Notes under the pieces: generated by a model | Databases searched by the model: none | The model's input: the letters and a program-made list of their open reading frames with translations, nothing else | What the model was told of the DNA's origin: nothing | Translations under genes and position numbers: made by a program | Shown: piece after piece, positions 1 through 8,252 of the stretch | Position numbering within the stretch: the first letter of the stretch is position 1 | Layout of the letters: each line of letters opens with the position of its first letter | Virus record (IMG/VR): IMGVR_UViG_3300045988_176358 | Length of the DNA: 50,565 nt | Strand: one strand, 5' to 3' | From: a virus

Positions 1-50
1 GATTCGAACCAGCGGAATGCGGGAGTCAAAGTCCCGTGCCTTACCACTTG
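1..50. repeat. Terminal 50-nt direct repeat. 1..50 is identical to 50516..50565 (closed-circle or assembly overlap; unit length 50,515 bp).
   Basis: Read base by base: gattcgaaccagcggaatgcgggagtcaaagtcccgtgccttaccacttg occurs at both ends. The repeat lies inside a tRNA gene that is complete only when the ends are joined. Confidence 0.95.
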
Positions 51-61
51 GCGATATCCCA
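1..61 (-). tRNA. tRNA-Gln(UUG), 5' portion. The remainder of the same gene is 50504..50565, across the circular junction.
   Basis: The joined reverse complement reads TGGGATA TC GCCA AGTGGTA AGGC A CGGGA CTTTGAC TCCCG CATTCC GCTGG TTCGAAT CCAGC TATCCCA A CCA. It has a 7-bp acceptor stem with U1-A72 (a tRNA-Gln hallmark), anticodon loop CU-UUG-AC, a canonical T arm and an encoded CCA. It is close to the E. coli tRNA-Gln as I recall it. Confidence 0.85.
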
Positions 62-226
62 TTGGAGGCCTCCAGAAGCGGTGAGACTCCTGGAGGAATG
101 AGGCCACACTGGAGGTATGTCCAAATTGATGCCAAGCATTTAAATGCACTCACCTGCTTCGACTCTGCATTTACACGGGCTTGTCACCGTTTGTATATCA
201 AAACTGAATACAAGCTGCATTACATT

Positions 227-245
227 GGGGAGCAATATACTCCCC
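227..245 (-). terminator. Hairpin downstream of CDS 256..621 (weak terminator candidate, no U tract).
   Basis: On the minus strand: GGGGAG-TATATTG-CTCCCC, 11 nt after the stop codon. Confidence 0.3.
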
Positions 246-255
246 ATGGATGAAG

Positions 256-621
256 TTACGCGTCCTCGTACTCCTCATCGTCGTCCTCTTCCTCATCTTC
301 GTCTTCCTCAGGCTCAGGCTCGGGCTTGGCTTTCTTTGCCGTCTTCTTGACGGGCTTCTTGACCTCTTCTTTCTTGGACTTCTTGGAAGCTGCCTTTTTC
401 TTTTCAGGCTCCTTTTCCTCAGTCACGCGGGAAGCACAGCGCGGGGTCTTTGCATCCACTTGCTTGCCAGTTTCGCGGTCGAACTTGGTCGTGCGGCCGT
501 TCTTCTGAACGATGCTGATTGTCTTCTTGTCGCTTGCGGTGATTTCGAACTCGCCCAGATACATGCCAGTAAAAGCATACATATGGACGGTCTCGCCCTT
601 TTTACGAGTGATAGCTGCCAT
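256..621 (-). CDS. Hypothetical protein with a Lys/Glu-rich linker and a poly-acidic C-terminal tail.
   Basis: 121-aa ORF with RBS AAGGAGG 8 nt upstream of the ATG. The tail reads ...KKAKPEPEPEEDEDEEEDDDEEYEDA. Confidence 0.8.
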   Translation of the reverse strand: MAAITRKKGETVHMYAFTGMYLGEFEITASDKKTISIVQKNGRTTKFDRETGKQVDAKTPRCASRVTEEKEPEKKKAASKKSKKEEVKKPVKKTAKKAKPEPEPEEDEDEEEDDDEEYEDA

Positions 622-670
622 TGTTGTTTCCTCCTTGTTGTTTAGGGTGTTTTGTTTTCCCTGTGAATAT

Positions 671-699
671 AGTATACGGCAAATATTGCTCTAAGTAAA
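671..699 (-). promoter_or_regulatory. Sigma-A-like promoter upstream of CDS 256..621.
   Basis: Minus strand: TTTACT (694..699), 17 nt, TATACT (671..676). This matches the TTTACA-N17-TAYAMT family repeated in this genome. Confidence 0.5.
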
Positions 700-797
700 T
701 GCCAAAAAAGGCCAATTTTGGATGATTTATATTGCGAATAGGCTCTATTTTCTTTTGTTTTCTACTGTTTTCTTTGCTTTTCTAATTATTTTAAAGT

Positions 798-2501
798 TTA
801 ATGTGTTCCCCATGGTCCCCAACCAATATCAATATCAAGAGGAACTCTCAGCTCAACCCCGAAATCATCGAGGACTTGTGGGTGAAGCATAATTCTACGA
901 ATGACCGAATCAACGTAATCTTTGTCCTCTATACGACATTCACCAATGATAGAGTCATGTACAGTTGCACCAATCACAGCGATACCTTTGAGTTCTCGAT
1001 TTATCTGGGTCGCCGCCGATATCAGCAGGTCTGAGCCTGAACCCTGAACAGGAGTGTTAATTGCTCTTCTTGCAGCACTTGCTCTTTCCCAACGATTTTG
1101 TGAGTATATTAAAGGTAGTTTTCTAAATCGACCAAACAAATTGCTCACACCACCTTGCAACTCACACAGCTCCTCCTGTTCTTTATGCCAAGGCAAAAGC
1201 CTAGCATATTTTGCGAAAAACAATTGACGCACGTGTTCAGCTTCTTGAGCTGTAAAAGTTTGACCATAGCTATTTAGTGCATATGCTACGAATTTCTTTG
1301 CCATCATACCATACAGAAACCCGAAATTGACTGCTTTTGCTTTGCCACGTTCTTCCTTTGTAGGCTCTCTTCCACCAGTGAATAACTTCGCTGTCTCTGT
1401 ATGTATATCTCCACCCTCATGATATATTCTCAGCATAGTCTTTTCGTTGGCATAATGAGCCGCAATTCTAAGCTCCAGCTGTGAATAGTCAGCCTCAAAT
1501 AGAACCATTCCTGGTGCACCACTGAATAAACCACGAATGTCTTTTGTTCGAGGAACTTGCTGTAGATTTGGGTTATTGCAAGACGTACGACCTGAGACTA
1601 CATTTGTCAGATTGAAGCTCGGATGAATCCGGCTTTCATACGAGTCACCCTCCCATCTGTTAAGGAACATCTTGTTTCTTGTTGCAGCATCCTTATACTT
1701 CATGAGTATTGTTGGGATTTCGTACCCTTTCATAGCAAGTTTTCTGAGCGCTGATGCAGAAGTAGACGGAGCACCTTTCGGGGTTTTCTCAAACACTGGC
1801 ATATTTTCAAGGTCATAGAGCACATGTGAAACCTGAGCTGAGCTTGCCCAATTGATGTCGTAATGCTGCTTGAGCTGTGCTAAAAGTTCTTTTTCTTCGT
1901 TAAGGTATTTATTTTGTACAGGCTTTAATGCTTTCAAGTCTATAAATAGACCATTGCGCTCTACATCTCTATACATACAATAAGCTGGTCGCAGTAGCTG
2001 CTCATAGACTTTGAGTTGTTGCTCACTCACTACATGCATAAAGAAACAGAACAATTCCCATGTGTATTTGACGTCTTTTTTAAGATACGGAACAATACTT
2101 TTTGCACCTGAAGTTTTTTCCTTCTTTGAGATATCCCAATCTGGAACACCCAAATATTTCTTTGCCATATCTTTCAAGCCATGTTCTGCAGCAAGGTCAT
2201 ATGCTGTTGCTAGAAGCATTACATCCTCATGTATTGGAAGCCTGACATTGTATTTTACCTCAATGAACAGTGTATCAAATTTACCATTCTGAAAAACTGT
2301 TCGCACTTTTTTCTTTCGCAGCTTTTGGCAAAGCTCTTTGAATTTCACAACTTGGTCTGGCTTTTGTACATTAAAAATGTAACCTTTCTTTATTGGTAGA
2401 CCAATGTCCTCTGACAATCCAACTCCGATGAAAGTTATGCTGTCTTTGTATCTGTTAAGGCCAGTGGTCTCAATATCTATTGTAGCATACTTGAAAATCA
2501 T
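798..2501 (-). CDS. Family A DNA polymerase (Pol I-like) with an N-terminal 3'-5' exonuclease.
   Basis: 567 aa. Exo I motif IDIETTGL. Family A motifs: DYSQLELRIAAH, KAVNFGFLYGM, VHDSIIGE. Confidence 0.92.
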   Translation of the reverse strand: MIFKYATIDIETTGLNRYKDSITFIGVGLSEDIGLPIKKGYIFNVQKPDQVVKFKELCQKLRKKKVRTVFQNGKFDTLFIEVKYNVRLPIHEDVMLLATAYDLAAEHGLKDMAKKYLGVPDWDISKKEKTSGAKSIVPYLKKDVKYTWELFCFFMHVVSEQQLKVYEQLLRPAYCMYRDVERNGLFIDLKALKPVQNKYLNEEKELLAQLKQHYDINWASSAQVSHVLYDLENMPVFEKTPKGAPSTSASALRKLAMKGYEIPTILMKYKDAATRNKMFLNRWEGDSYESRIHPSFNLTNVVSGRTSCNNPNLQQVPRTKDIRGLFSGAPGMVLFEADYSQLELRIAAHYANEKTMLRIYHEGGDIHTETAKLFTGGREPTKEERGKAKAVNFGFLYGMMAKKFVAYALNSYGQTFTAQEAEHVRQLFFAKYARLLPWHKEQEELCELQGGVSNLFGRFRKLPLIYSQNRWERASAARRAINTPVQGSGSDLLISAATQINRELKGIAVIGATVHDSIIGECRIEDKDYVDSVIRRIMLHPQVLDDFGVELRVPLDIDIGWGPWGTH

Positions 2502-2756
2502 CTATTTCACCCCGTCTTCAAGTATAACATATCGAGAGCCAATTGTAAAGAGCCTGTTATCTGCATCAGGGTTTTCAATACATGCGAGAGAAAGCAATAC
2601 CAGCTCTTTATCAACAGCTTTGCCAAAGAAATTGCGATTTTTATCAAGGCCAAGTTTTCTCAGCATTCTACGTGGAGGAACTGCATCACCCTTATGAAAG
2701 TGTGCAACACAATACCCAATTATCTTTTCTTTTGTGAGCCTGTCAAGTATTGTCAT
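2502..2756 (-). CDS. Hypothetical protein.
   Basis: The ORF runs to 2795, but ATG 2756 overlaps the upstream stop (ATGA) and is preceded by GGAGGAGG. Confidence 0.65.
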   Translation of the reverse strand: MTILDRLTKEKIIGYCVAHFHKGDAVPPRRMLRKLGLDKNRNFFGKAVDKELVLLSLACIENPDADNRLFTIGSRYVILEDGVK

Positions 2757-3112
2757 AATCCAAATCCTCCTCCTTTTCTGCTGTGCTGTTGACATGTATC
2801 AAAAACATGTACCTCTTTGCCTCCACAAACACCAAACCAATCCGGTGTCTTGCCTTTGTTATTGAATTTTGTGCAAGTCCCACAAATGCCAAAGCTCTTA
2901 CAGCCTTTCATAGCAAAGTAGTCATCTATCATTTCTACTACTTGTATAGCTTCACTGTATCTCAAACGAGTTTCATTTTTCTTTCCCTTTGCAACAATGA
3001 CACCTGCTTTCGGGTTTTCATTTACCACACGTTGCAAAGCCTTTTTTGCCATATGTAGAGTCAGTTCGAGTTTACTCACTGTGGTTCCTTTTTGTTCATT
3101 AAGACTATCCAT
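2753..3112 (-). CDS. Hypothetical Cys-rich protein.
   Basis: 119-aa ORF with RBS GAGGG 7 nt upstream. Cysteine cluster: CKSFGICGTC...VCGG...C. Confidence 0.7.
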   Translation of the reverse strand: MDSLNEQKGTTVSKLELTLHMAKKALQRVVNENPKAGVIVAKGKKNETRLRYSEAIQVVEMIDDYFAMKGCKSFGICGTCTKFNNKGKTPDWFGVCGGKEVHVFDTCQQHSRKGGGFGL

Positions 3113-3114
3113 GG

Positions 3115-3339
3115 TTATACCCTCAGAATATCTGCCAAACGAATGATGGCTTTTTGATACTCTCTATTCGAAAGCGGAAGGACTTCAAGCTCTCGTTTGA
3201 AACTAGAATACACAATGTAGCTTCCCTTTGGTTTTGCCTTTTTGGCACGCTCAAACATAGAGTTTAGAATCGCTTCATGGGATTTCTCTTCTTTCTCCCT
3301 CAATTGCTTCAAGTGCAGCTCATAGAAATTGTCATTCAT
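3115..3339 (-). CDS. Hypothetical protein.
   Basis: The ORF extends to 3438, but ATG 3339 (MNDNFYEL...) has RBS GAAAGGAGGAAG and sits just after the upstream stop (3332). Confidence 0.65.
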   Translation of the reverse strand: MNDNFYELHLKQLREKEEKSHEAILNSMFERAKKAKPKGSYIVYSSFKRELEVLPLSNREYQKAIIRLADILRV

Positions 3340-3658
3340 CAGTCTTCCTCCTTTCTTTTGCATCCCCACAGTAGTACCATGGCTCTCTGTGAATCTTATC
3401 GAGCGCACAAAGGTATCGTGCTGTCTTTTTTGGAGCACCTTTTTTGCGAAATTTCCGGTAGTTTTCGCACTCTCGGCAGTGTACTATCTTTTCAAATTGA
3501 ATGCTGTCAAGCCCTGGAAAGCACCATCCTGTAACTCTATTTAAAGCATTATATGCTTCCTCACAGGATACCTGAGTTTCCCCAACAGCTATGCTTGAGC
3601 CTTTTGGTTGTTTTTTCAACAGCTCTAAGCAAGCTCTAAATGTGAGTTGTATATTCAT
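3332..3658 (-). CDS. Hypothetical Cys-containing protein.
   Basis: ORF with RBS TGGAGG upstream of tandem ATGs (3661 and 3658). Contains HCRECENY...C. Confidence 0.65.
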   Translation of the reverse strand: MNIQLTFRACLELLKKQPKGSSIAVGETQVSCEEAYNALNRVTGWCFPGLDSIQFEKIVHCRECENYRKFRKKGAPKKTARYLCALDKIHREPWYYCGDAKERRKTDE

Positions 3659-3858
3659 CATATACCTCCAAATGTTTTAGCAAGCAAGTCAGAAACAAAT
3701 ACTCTATTGCGTTGACCATTGTTTCGTAATTCAACCCTATACCCTATTGTTTCATCACCAACAGGTGTAAGTACATGGCCCTTGGCATTTCTTACTTTTC
3801 CAGATTTTGTTATCCAATACACGCCCTCATATCCTGGTATAGGGAACCAATTATCCAT
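3658..3858 (-). CDS. NUMOD4-motif protein (a stand-alone N-terminal module of HNH-type homing endonucleases).
   Basis: 66 aa, MDNWFPIPGYEGVYWITKSGKVRN...G..L. matches the NUMOD4 pattern as I recall it. No HNH domain follows. The start overlaps the upstream stop by 8 nt. Confidence 0.55.
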   Translation of the reverse strand: MDNWFPIPGYEGVYWITKSGKVRNAKGHVLTPVGDETIGYRVELRNNGQRNRVFVSDLLAKTFGGI

Positions 3859-5806
3859 TCCTCACACCACGCTTTCCGTATGACCTGAGTGTGATTCCTT
3901 TCCAACAGGCTTCTCTTGTCTTCGGGTTTCTGTATTCATTGAATCCAAGAGAGCGCATATTCCTCATGAATCCGTGCTTTTTGTGAGATTCGCGTCCACT
4001 ATCAATGCAGAATTGAGCATATGCTTCATATAATGCACCCTTTTCAATAAAGGCTTCGGGGTCTTTCTTACATTTCTTGACAAGGAATGCATGAATGCTA
4101 TCAGAGTCTTGACGCAACCCCTCGACCATACGATTGCTGCGGTCAGTTCTTGGAATGGAACTCACAGGAAGTAGGCTGAGCAGATATGGGATTATTTCTT
4201 GTGCACTCTCTTCACTGCAGAGGTCATTTACATATTCATTGTTAAGAAATAGCTCTTTGTTCATATACAGAATGCGCATACGCTTGTAAAAAGCATTTGA
4301 TTTTTCTTCAAGCTGTAAAGGTAACTGGTTGAACGAGAAAATCAATTTACAAAACGGTACAAAGAAGAATGGCTCCTTGCCCTTTTTCTCATGCATGATT
4401 TGGTCGCCGCCTGTTATTTTCTTCAGGTTTTCAATACTTGATAAAGGCAATGACCCGTTATCACCACAGGAGTTTAAAAGTGTATTGTATAATTGTGCTG
4501 GATAGAATCGCATGCTCAATTCATGCATGCTCAGAGACGATACGTTTTCTCTGCCAACAAGATTTTCAATGAATCTCAACAATACCGATTTGCCTGTATT
4601 TGATTGACCACATAGAATCATGAAAGTCTTCAGCCCATAATCGAGAGTCAAACAGTACGCCATGTATTTCAGAGCCATTTTGATATCTTCTTTTCCAAGC
4701 CCTGTTTTTACAAAAAACCTATACAAGCGAGTTTTAACAAACGGCGTATATTCACAAACCTCGTGTGGAATCTGCAGTGTCTGAAGATACTTGCTGTCGT
4801 GAGGAAGCAGCTTCTTTTGTTGAATGTCCCAAACACCGTTCTTAAAGTTGATAAGATTTCGGTCTTTGTTAAGGTCTCTTGGCTCTTTTTGTATTCGGGT
4901 ATCATCAACAATCAAACGGAAGCATTCCATAATTCTTGCTTGAGTAATCAGATTGTCAACCATTATCATGTCTTTGATTGTATTTCGAACAAAACTGCTG
5001 GCCTCTACGTACACACCCTCTCTGTATTGGTAGGCTTCTCCACCAAGTACAAAAATGTCTCCTCTATTTACAAAATAGTCACATATTGCACGGCTATTGA
5101 CATTCGTCGGGTTTCCTTTGCTATTATAGATGAGATATGGGTTGTCTCCTTGTTCACTTGCTTCATATTTGCGTGTGTTTTTAATAATCTTTTGTAGCTC
5201 ATCTTCAGCCATTGGCTGTGTAAATACAATCGTATTGATGACATATGCCATCTCTTCGATTTGTTCATCATCAGCGCCTCTATTTTTATAGGCCATGAGA
5301 TGTGCAAAGAGGGTGGCATTCCTACCATCACCCTCTTTAAGACCAAGCAATGAATCTTTCCGATTTGGCATCGGAGTGAACTCAAGTGGAAGCTCTGCAA
5401 CTTTTCTGCAGTTGTTAAACTTTCTGTTTTCTGTCCCCCATGGCAAAAGCACATAGCCTTTATTTGCACAGCGAAAGTCACATTTCAAACCACAGGGCAG
5501 AACCATGCCTATACGCTGAGGAAAGCCTTTTGTTGTCTTAAAGTATAAATGAAGCCCTTTCGGGGTTTTACACATGAGAGTCTTGAGCTTCATCTCCTTG
5601 ACAATCTTGAGGGCTTCCTCCTTGCCCTCGTCAATGTCTACAACAATGTATCCGGTGCGAACCCACCAACCAATTTGGCCACCATTGGACACATGTGCAT
5701 CTGCAGCTCTCTCTGATACAATAGCAGTATCAATGCGCTTTTTATCCATGCAGCGCACATAGCTGTCTTGCCCAATCAAGCTGTTGAAGTCAGAAAGCCT
5801 CATCAT
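3851..5806 (-). CDS. Bifunctional primase-polymerase / SF3 (D5/P4-type) replicative helicase.
   Basis: About 651 aa. N-terminal prim-pol-like motifs (VVDIDEGKE, GLHLYF). Walker A GQSNTGKS in the C-terminal half. RBS GAGGAG precedes ATG 5806; the ORF extends to 5821. Confidence 0.85.
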   Translation of the reverse strand: MMRLSDFNSLIGQDSYVRCMDKKRIDTAIVSERAADAHVSNGGQIGWWVRTGYIVVDIDEGKEEALKIVKEMKLKTLMCKTPKGLHLYFKTTKGFPQRIGMVLPCGLKCDFRCANKGYVLLPWGTENRKFNNCRKVAELPLEFTPMPNRKDSLLGLKEGDGRNATLFAHLMAYKNRGADDEQIEEMAYVINTIVFTQPMAEDELQKIIKNTRKYEASEQGDNPYLIYNSKGNPTNVNSRAICDYFVNRGDIFVLGGEAYQYREGVYVEASSFVRNTIKDMIMVDNLITQARIMECFRLIVDDTRIQKEPRDLNKDRNLINFKNGVWDIQQKKLLPHDSKYLQTLQIPHEVCEYTPFVKTRLYRFFVKTGLGKEDIKMALKYMAYCLTLDYGLKTFMILCGQSNTGKSVLLRFIENLVGRENVSSLSMHELSMRFYPAQLYNTLLNSCGDNGSLPLSSIENLKKITGGDQIMHEKKGKEPFFFVPFCKLIFSFNQLPLQLEEKSNAFYKRMRILYMNKELFLNNEYVNDLCSEESAQEIIPYLLSLLPVSSIPRTDRSNRMVEGLRQDSDSIHAFLVKKCKKDPEAFIEKGALYEAYAQFCIDSGRESHKKHGFMRNMRSLGFNEYRNPKTREACWKGITLRSYGKRGVRNG

Positions 5807-5807
5807 A

Positions 5808-6218
5808 TTACTCCTCAACAATAATGCGGTCTTCGGTTGTCACTTGCATGCTCTTGCTCTTGTATAACCAACGATTGAGGCGCTCAATTTTTGAGGTCTT
5901 TCTTCGTGATAGGTCTTCAGAGTCAATACCCAAGATTGCTTTGACATGCTTCAGAATGATTTCTACATCCGCAACTTCATCGAGTGCTTTCTCATAGAGT
6001 TCTGCTCTTGCTTTTTCTTCAGAATCATATCTTGGGTACTTTGCAAGTACACATGCCAGCTCGTTTAACTCTTCAATACTTACAAGAATCTGATTCCGAG
6101 CACCGTATGTTTTTCTTGCTGCTTCAAGGGTTTCATCTTCCCATTGTTCGCTTGTTAACACCAACACAATCACAGCCCCTTTATGTATTATTGTCCTCCG
6201 CAGTCCAAGACCATGCAT
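5808..6218 (-). CDS. MazG-like (all-alpha) nucleoside triphosphate pyrophosphohydrolase.
   Basis: Motifs IEELNELACV and DEVADVEIIL are typical of the MazG/dCTPase superfamily. The start is uncertain: the ORF ATG at 6218 overlaps the deaminase gene by 38 nt, and GTG 6167 has an AAGGGG RBS. Confidence 0.7.
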   Translation of the reverse strand: MHGLGLRRTIIHKGAVIVLVLTSEQWEDETLEAARKTYGARNQILVSIEELNELACVLAKYPRYDSEEKARAELYEKALDEVADVEIILKHVKAILGIDSEDLSRRKTSKIERLNRWLYKSKSMQVTTEDRIIVEE

Positions 6219-6660
6219 GAACCACTTCTACATTTGCTGACTCAAATATTCTCACAGTCTCTTCGCTGATGCTTTCGCTACGTCCATATACAACCCTGAG
6301 AATTCCTGCGGCAACAATAGCTCTCGCACATGCTTCACATGGATAGCGAGTTACATAGATGACTTTTGGAGCGTTGCAGGTACCAGAAACATGACAGATA
6401 GCATCAATTTCACTATGAAGTGCTCGGCAATCAGATGGGAGTCTATGAGCTTTTGCGTTGTCACCATATTTTTCAATACGCAAACAACCTCTGTAACGGC
6501 ATAAATCTGGAATAGCAGCATTTGCGCCAAAAGCAATGATGCTTCCATTAGAGCTTGTTATAATAGAGCCAACTTTGACTTTTGTACACCCAGAGAACTT
6601 CAATGCATATTCATGCGCAAGGTTAAGGTATTCTTCAGTGGTCATTCTTCTATTGCCCAT
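6181..6660 (-). CDS. dCMP / deoxycytidylate deaminase (zinc-dependent CDA fold).
   Basis: 159 aa with HSE (HAE-type) and PCEAC zinc-binding motifs at ComEB/dCMP deaminase spacing. Confidence 0.88.
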   Translation of the reverse strand: MGNRRMTTEEYLNLAHEYALKFSGCTKVKVGSIITSSNGSIIAFGANAAIPDLCRYRGCLRIEKYGDNAKAHRLPSDCRALHSEIDAICHVSGTCNAPKVIYVTRYPCEACARAIVAAGILRVVYGRSESISEETVRIFESANVEVVHAWSWTAEDNNT

Positions 6661-6826
6661 TGGTTTTGTTCTCCTTTGCTATCTTCTCATCACGACGTTT
6701 CTTCCGACATGCAGAGCAACGCTCAAAGGGCATGAGCCCTTTTTCTTTCAGCCAATTGAGTTCACCATCACTGATTGAAAAAGGCTTATGACATTCTTTA
6801 CAGACTTTTTGAATACGATTTTCCAT
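6650..6826 (-). CDS. Small zinc-ribbon protein (58 aa, below the ORF-track cutoff).
   Basis: My own translation: MENRIQKVCKECHKPFSISDGELNWLKEKGLMPFERCSACRKKRRDEKIAKENKTNGQ. RBS GAGGAG. Tightly packed between the stop at 6829 and the deaminase start. CxxC...CxxC. Confidence 0.6.
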   Translation of the reverse strand: MENRIQKVCKECHKPFSISDGELNWLKEKGLMPFERCSACRKKRRDEKIAKENKTNGQ

Positions 6827-6828
6827 TT

Positions 6829-7863
6829 TTATCTCTCCTCAGGTATTTTGTATTTGACTCGAGGACGACCAGTGCCCTCTATTGTCCTAATGTATTTGCT
6901 CAACTCACAGAAACAGTTCTCCAGGCTCATCACATTCATCTTTCTATCGTACCTTGGTAAATCCCTGAACAGTTCCTCTGGGCACCAAATAGGCCCACTG
7001 TAGTCTGTATTAGCAAGATGATTGATGAAATAGTCATCTATTCGGTCTCTAAGGTAGAACAAGGCTTCCTCATAGTTCAACCCATCGAAGTCATCGAAGA
7101 CATATTCGAGTCCTTTTTTGCATCCTGGGCCAGCCACAACAAATTCATTCTCTGAGAAAGGGAACTCTTCTATATAAGTAAGGTCTACAAAAACCTGGTA
7201 AGCCAAAAAATCAGCAAAGCCTCTTACAGACTTGATAACATTGAAAGCCTCCTGTTGGTCTACAGCATCTAAGAGTCTTCCTACAATGTTTCCCTCTTTG
7301 AGCCATGGTCCAATATGGAATACTCGTAAAGGGATATCAAGCTCTTTGTCTTTTCCAATTTCGTGCGGATACCTCCAGGATTGCTTTGTACCACCTTGAT
7401 TGTATGCTGACGACCACCATTTTCGTTCTGGGTCTTTCTTTAAAATACGACGATAGATTTCACGTGTGCATTCCTTTAATGCTGGGTCATAAATCATTTC
7501 GGCTGTCCATGGTCCACCAAAACTGTACATTGTTGACCAATTATTCCAGGCTCGAAATAGAAATGTATTGAGAATTTTTTCTTCAAGTGTAAGACGTTCA
7601 TTTGTGCTGATGTATTTAATGAGATACTGAGTTTGCTTGTCATGCTCTCTACGAATATTTGTAAACCTGTATTGTGAGATGACTTTGTCCTTTGTCCAAG
7701 GTCCAGGAAGATGCTTGATGTCTTTTCGCAAATGAACTCTGTATCGCTCAACAATAAAAGTGAGCAGATGTGACATATTCTTATCATTCAGTATTGGCTC
7801 AGCACAAAGGATTTTCTCTTCATCCACGCCACAGTACAATCTATCCCTTGATTTGGTTTTCAT
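6829..7863 (-). CDS. Putative DNA base-hypermodification enzyme, aGPT-Pplase-like (alpha-glutamyl/putrescinyl-thymine pyrophosphorylase family). Assigned at motif level only.
   Basis: 344 aa. GPWTKDKVISQYRFTNIRREHDKQT and GFADFLAYQVFVDLTY...GPGCKKGL resemble the PWT.D.IL..FCNV.RE.D..T and F.AYQ...DL signatures I associate with this family. It lies beside deaminase and MazG genes. Confidence 0.45.
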   Translation of the reverse strand: MKTKSRDRLYCGVDEEKILCAEPILNDKNMSHLLTFIVERYRVHLRKDIKHLPGPWTKDKVISQYRFTNIRREHDKQTQYLIKYISTNERLTLEEKILNTFLFRAWNNWSTMYSFGGPWTAEMIYDPALKECTREIYRRILKKDPERKWWSSAYNQGGTKQSWRYPHEIGKDKELDIPLRVFHIGPWLKEGNIVGRLLDAVDQQEAFNVIKSVRGFADFLAYQVFVDLTYIEEFPFSENEFVVAGPGCKKGLEYVFDDFDGLNYEEALFYLRDRIDDYFINHLANTDYSGPIWCPEELFRDLPRYDRKMNVMSLENCFCELSKYIRTIEGTGRPRVKYKIPEER

Positions 7864-8102
7864 TTACGATTTCCTTTCTTTGGGTTTACAGATTCATCAA
7901 TTTCCATCAAAAGGTACATTGCTATGTAGCATATCACTGGGATTGCCATCTCACCACCAAATGCCATATAGCCGCGTTCCATGAAAGCGTATCGGTCAAC
8001 CGCAATTGCAATGTATGGAGTGAAGAAGAATAGAAATACAATTAACGGTTTTGTAATAGCCCCAACTGCTTTCTTCAGACAATCAAAAAGAACATTCATC
8101 AT
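7860..8102 (-). CDS. Small membrane protein.
   Basis: ATG 8102 has RBS GGAGGG (the ORF extends to 8183). Two hydrophobic segments: PLIVFLFFFTPYIAIAV and AIPVICYIAMYLL. Confidence 0.6.
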   Translation of the reverse strand: MMNVLFDCLKKAVGAITKPLIVFLFFFTPYIAIAVDRYAFMERGYMAFGGEMAIPVICYIAMYLLMEIDESVNPKKGNRK

Positions 8103-8252
8103 AATACCCTCCACAGTATGTGTACCTATTATATATCCGTCCGACTTCAAACACAAGAGCCGGAACACGGGAAAAAAGTCCAAAAAATAAAAAGGCCACG
8201 AGCAGTCATTGGAAAAATCTTAACTATTCGTAGCCTTTCGTGCTTTTACACC

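Noticed and set aside
1-50. Reading the 50-nt end duplication as a biological direct terminal repeat or att site.
   Set aside because: It is an exact duplicate of the window ends inside a tRNA gene, and there is no second internal copy. The simplest explanation is contig circularisation overlap, and this cannot be distinguished further without reads.
62-255. A possible fourth tRNA upstream of tRNA-Gln (GGTGAG...CTCACC long-range pairing).
   Set aside because: No T-loop (GTTCRANYC) or D-loop signature is present. The 17 nt preceding the putative 3' acceptor strand cannot form a T arm.
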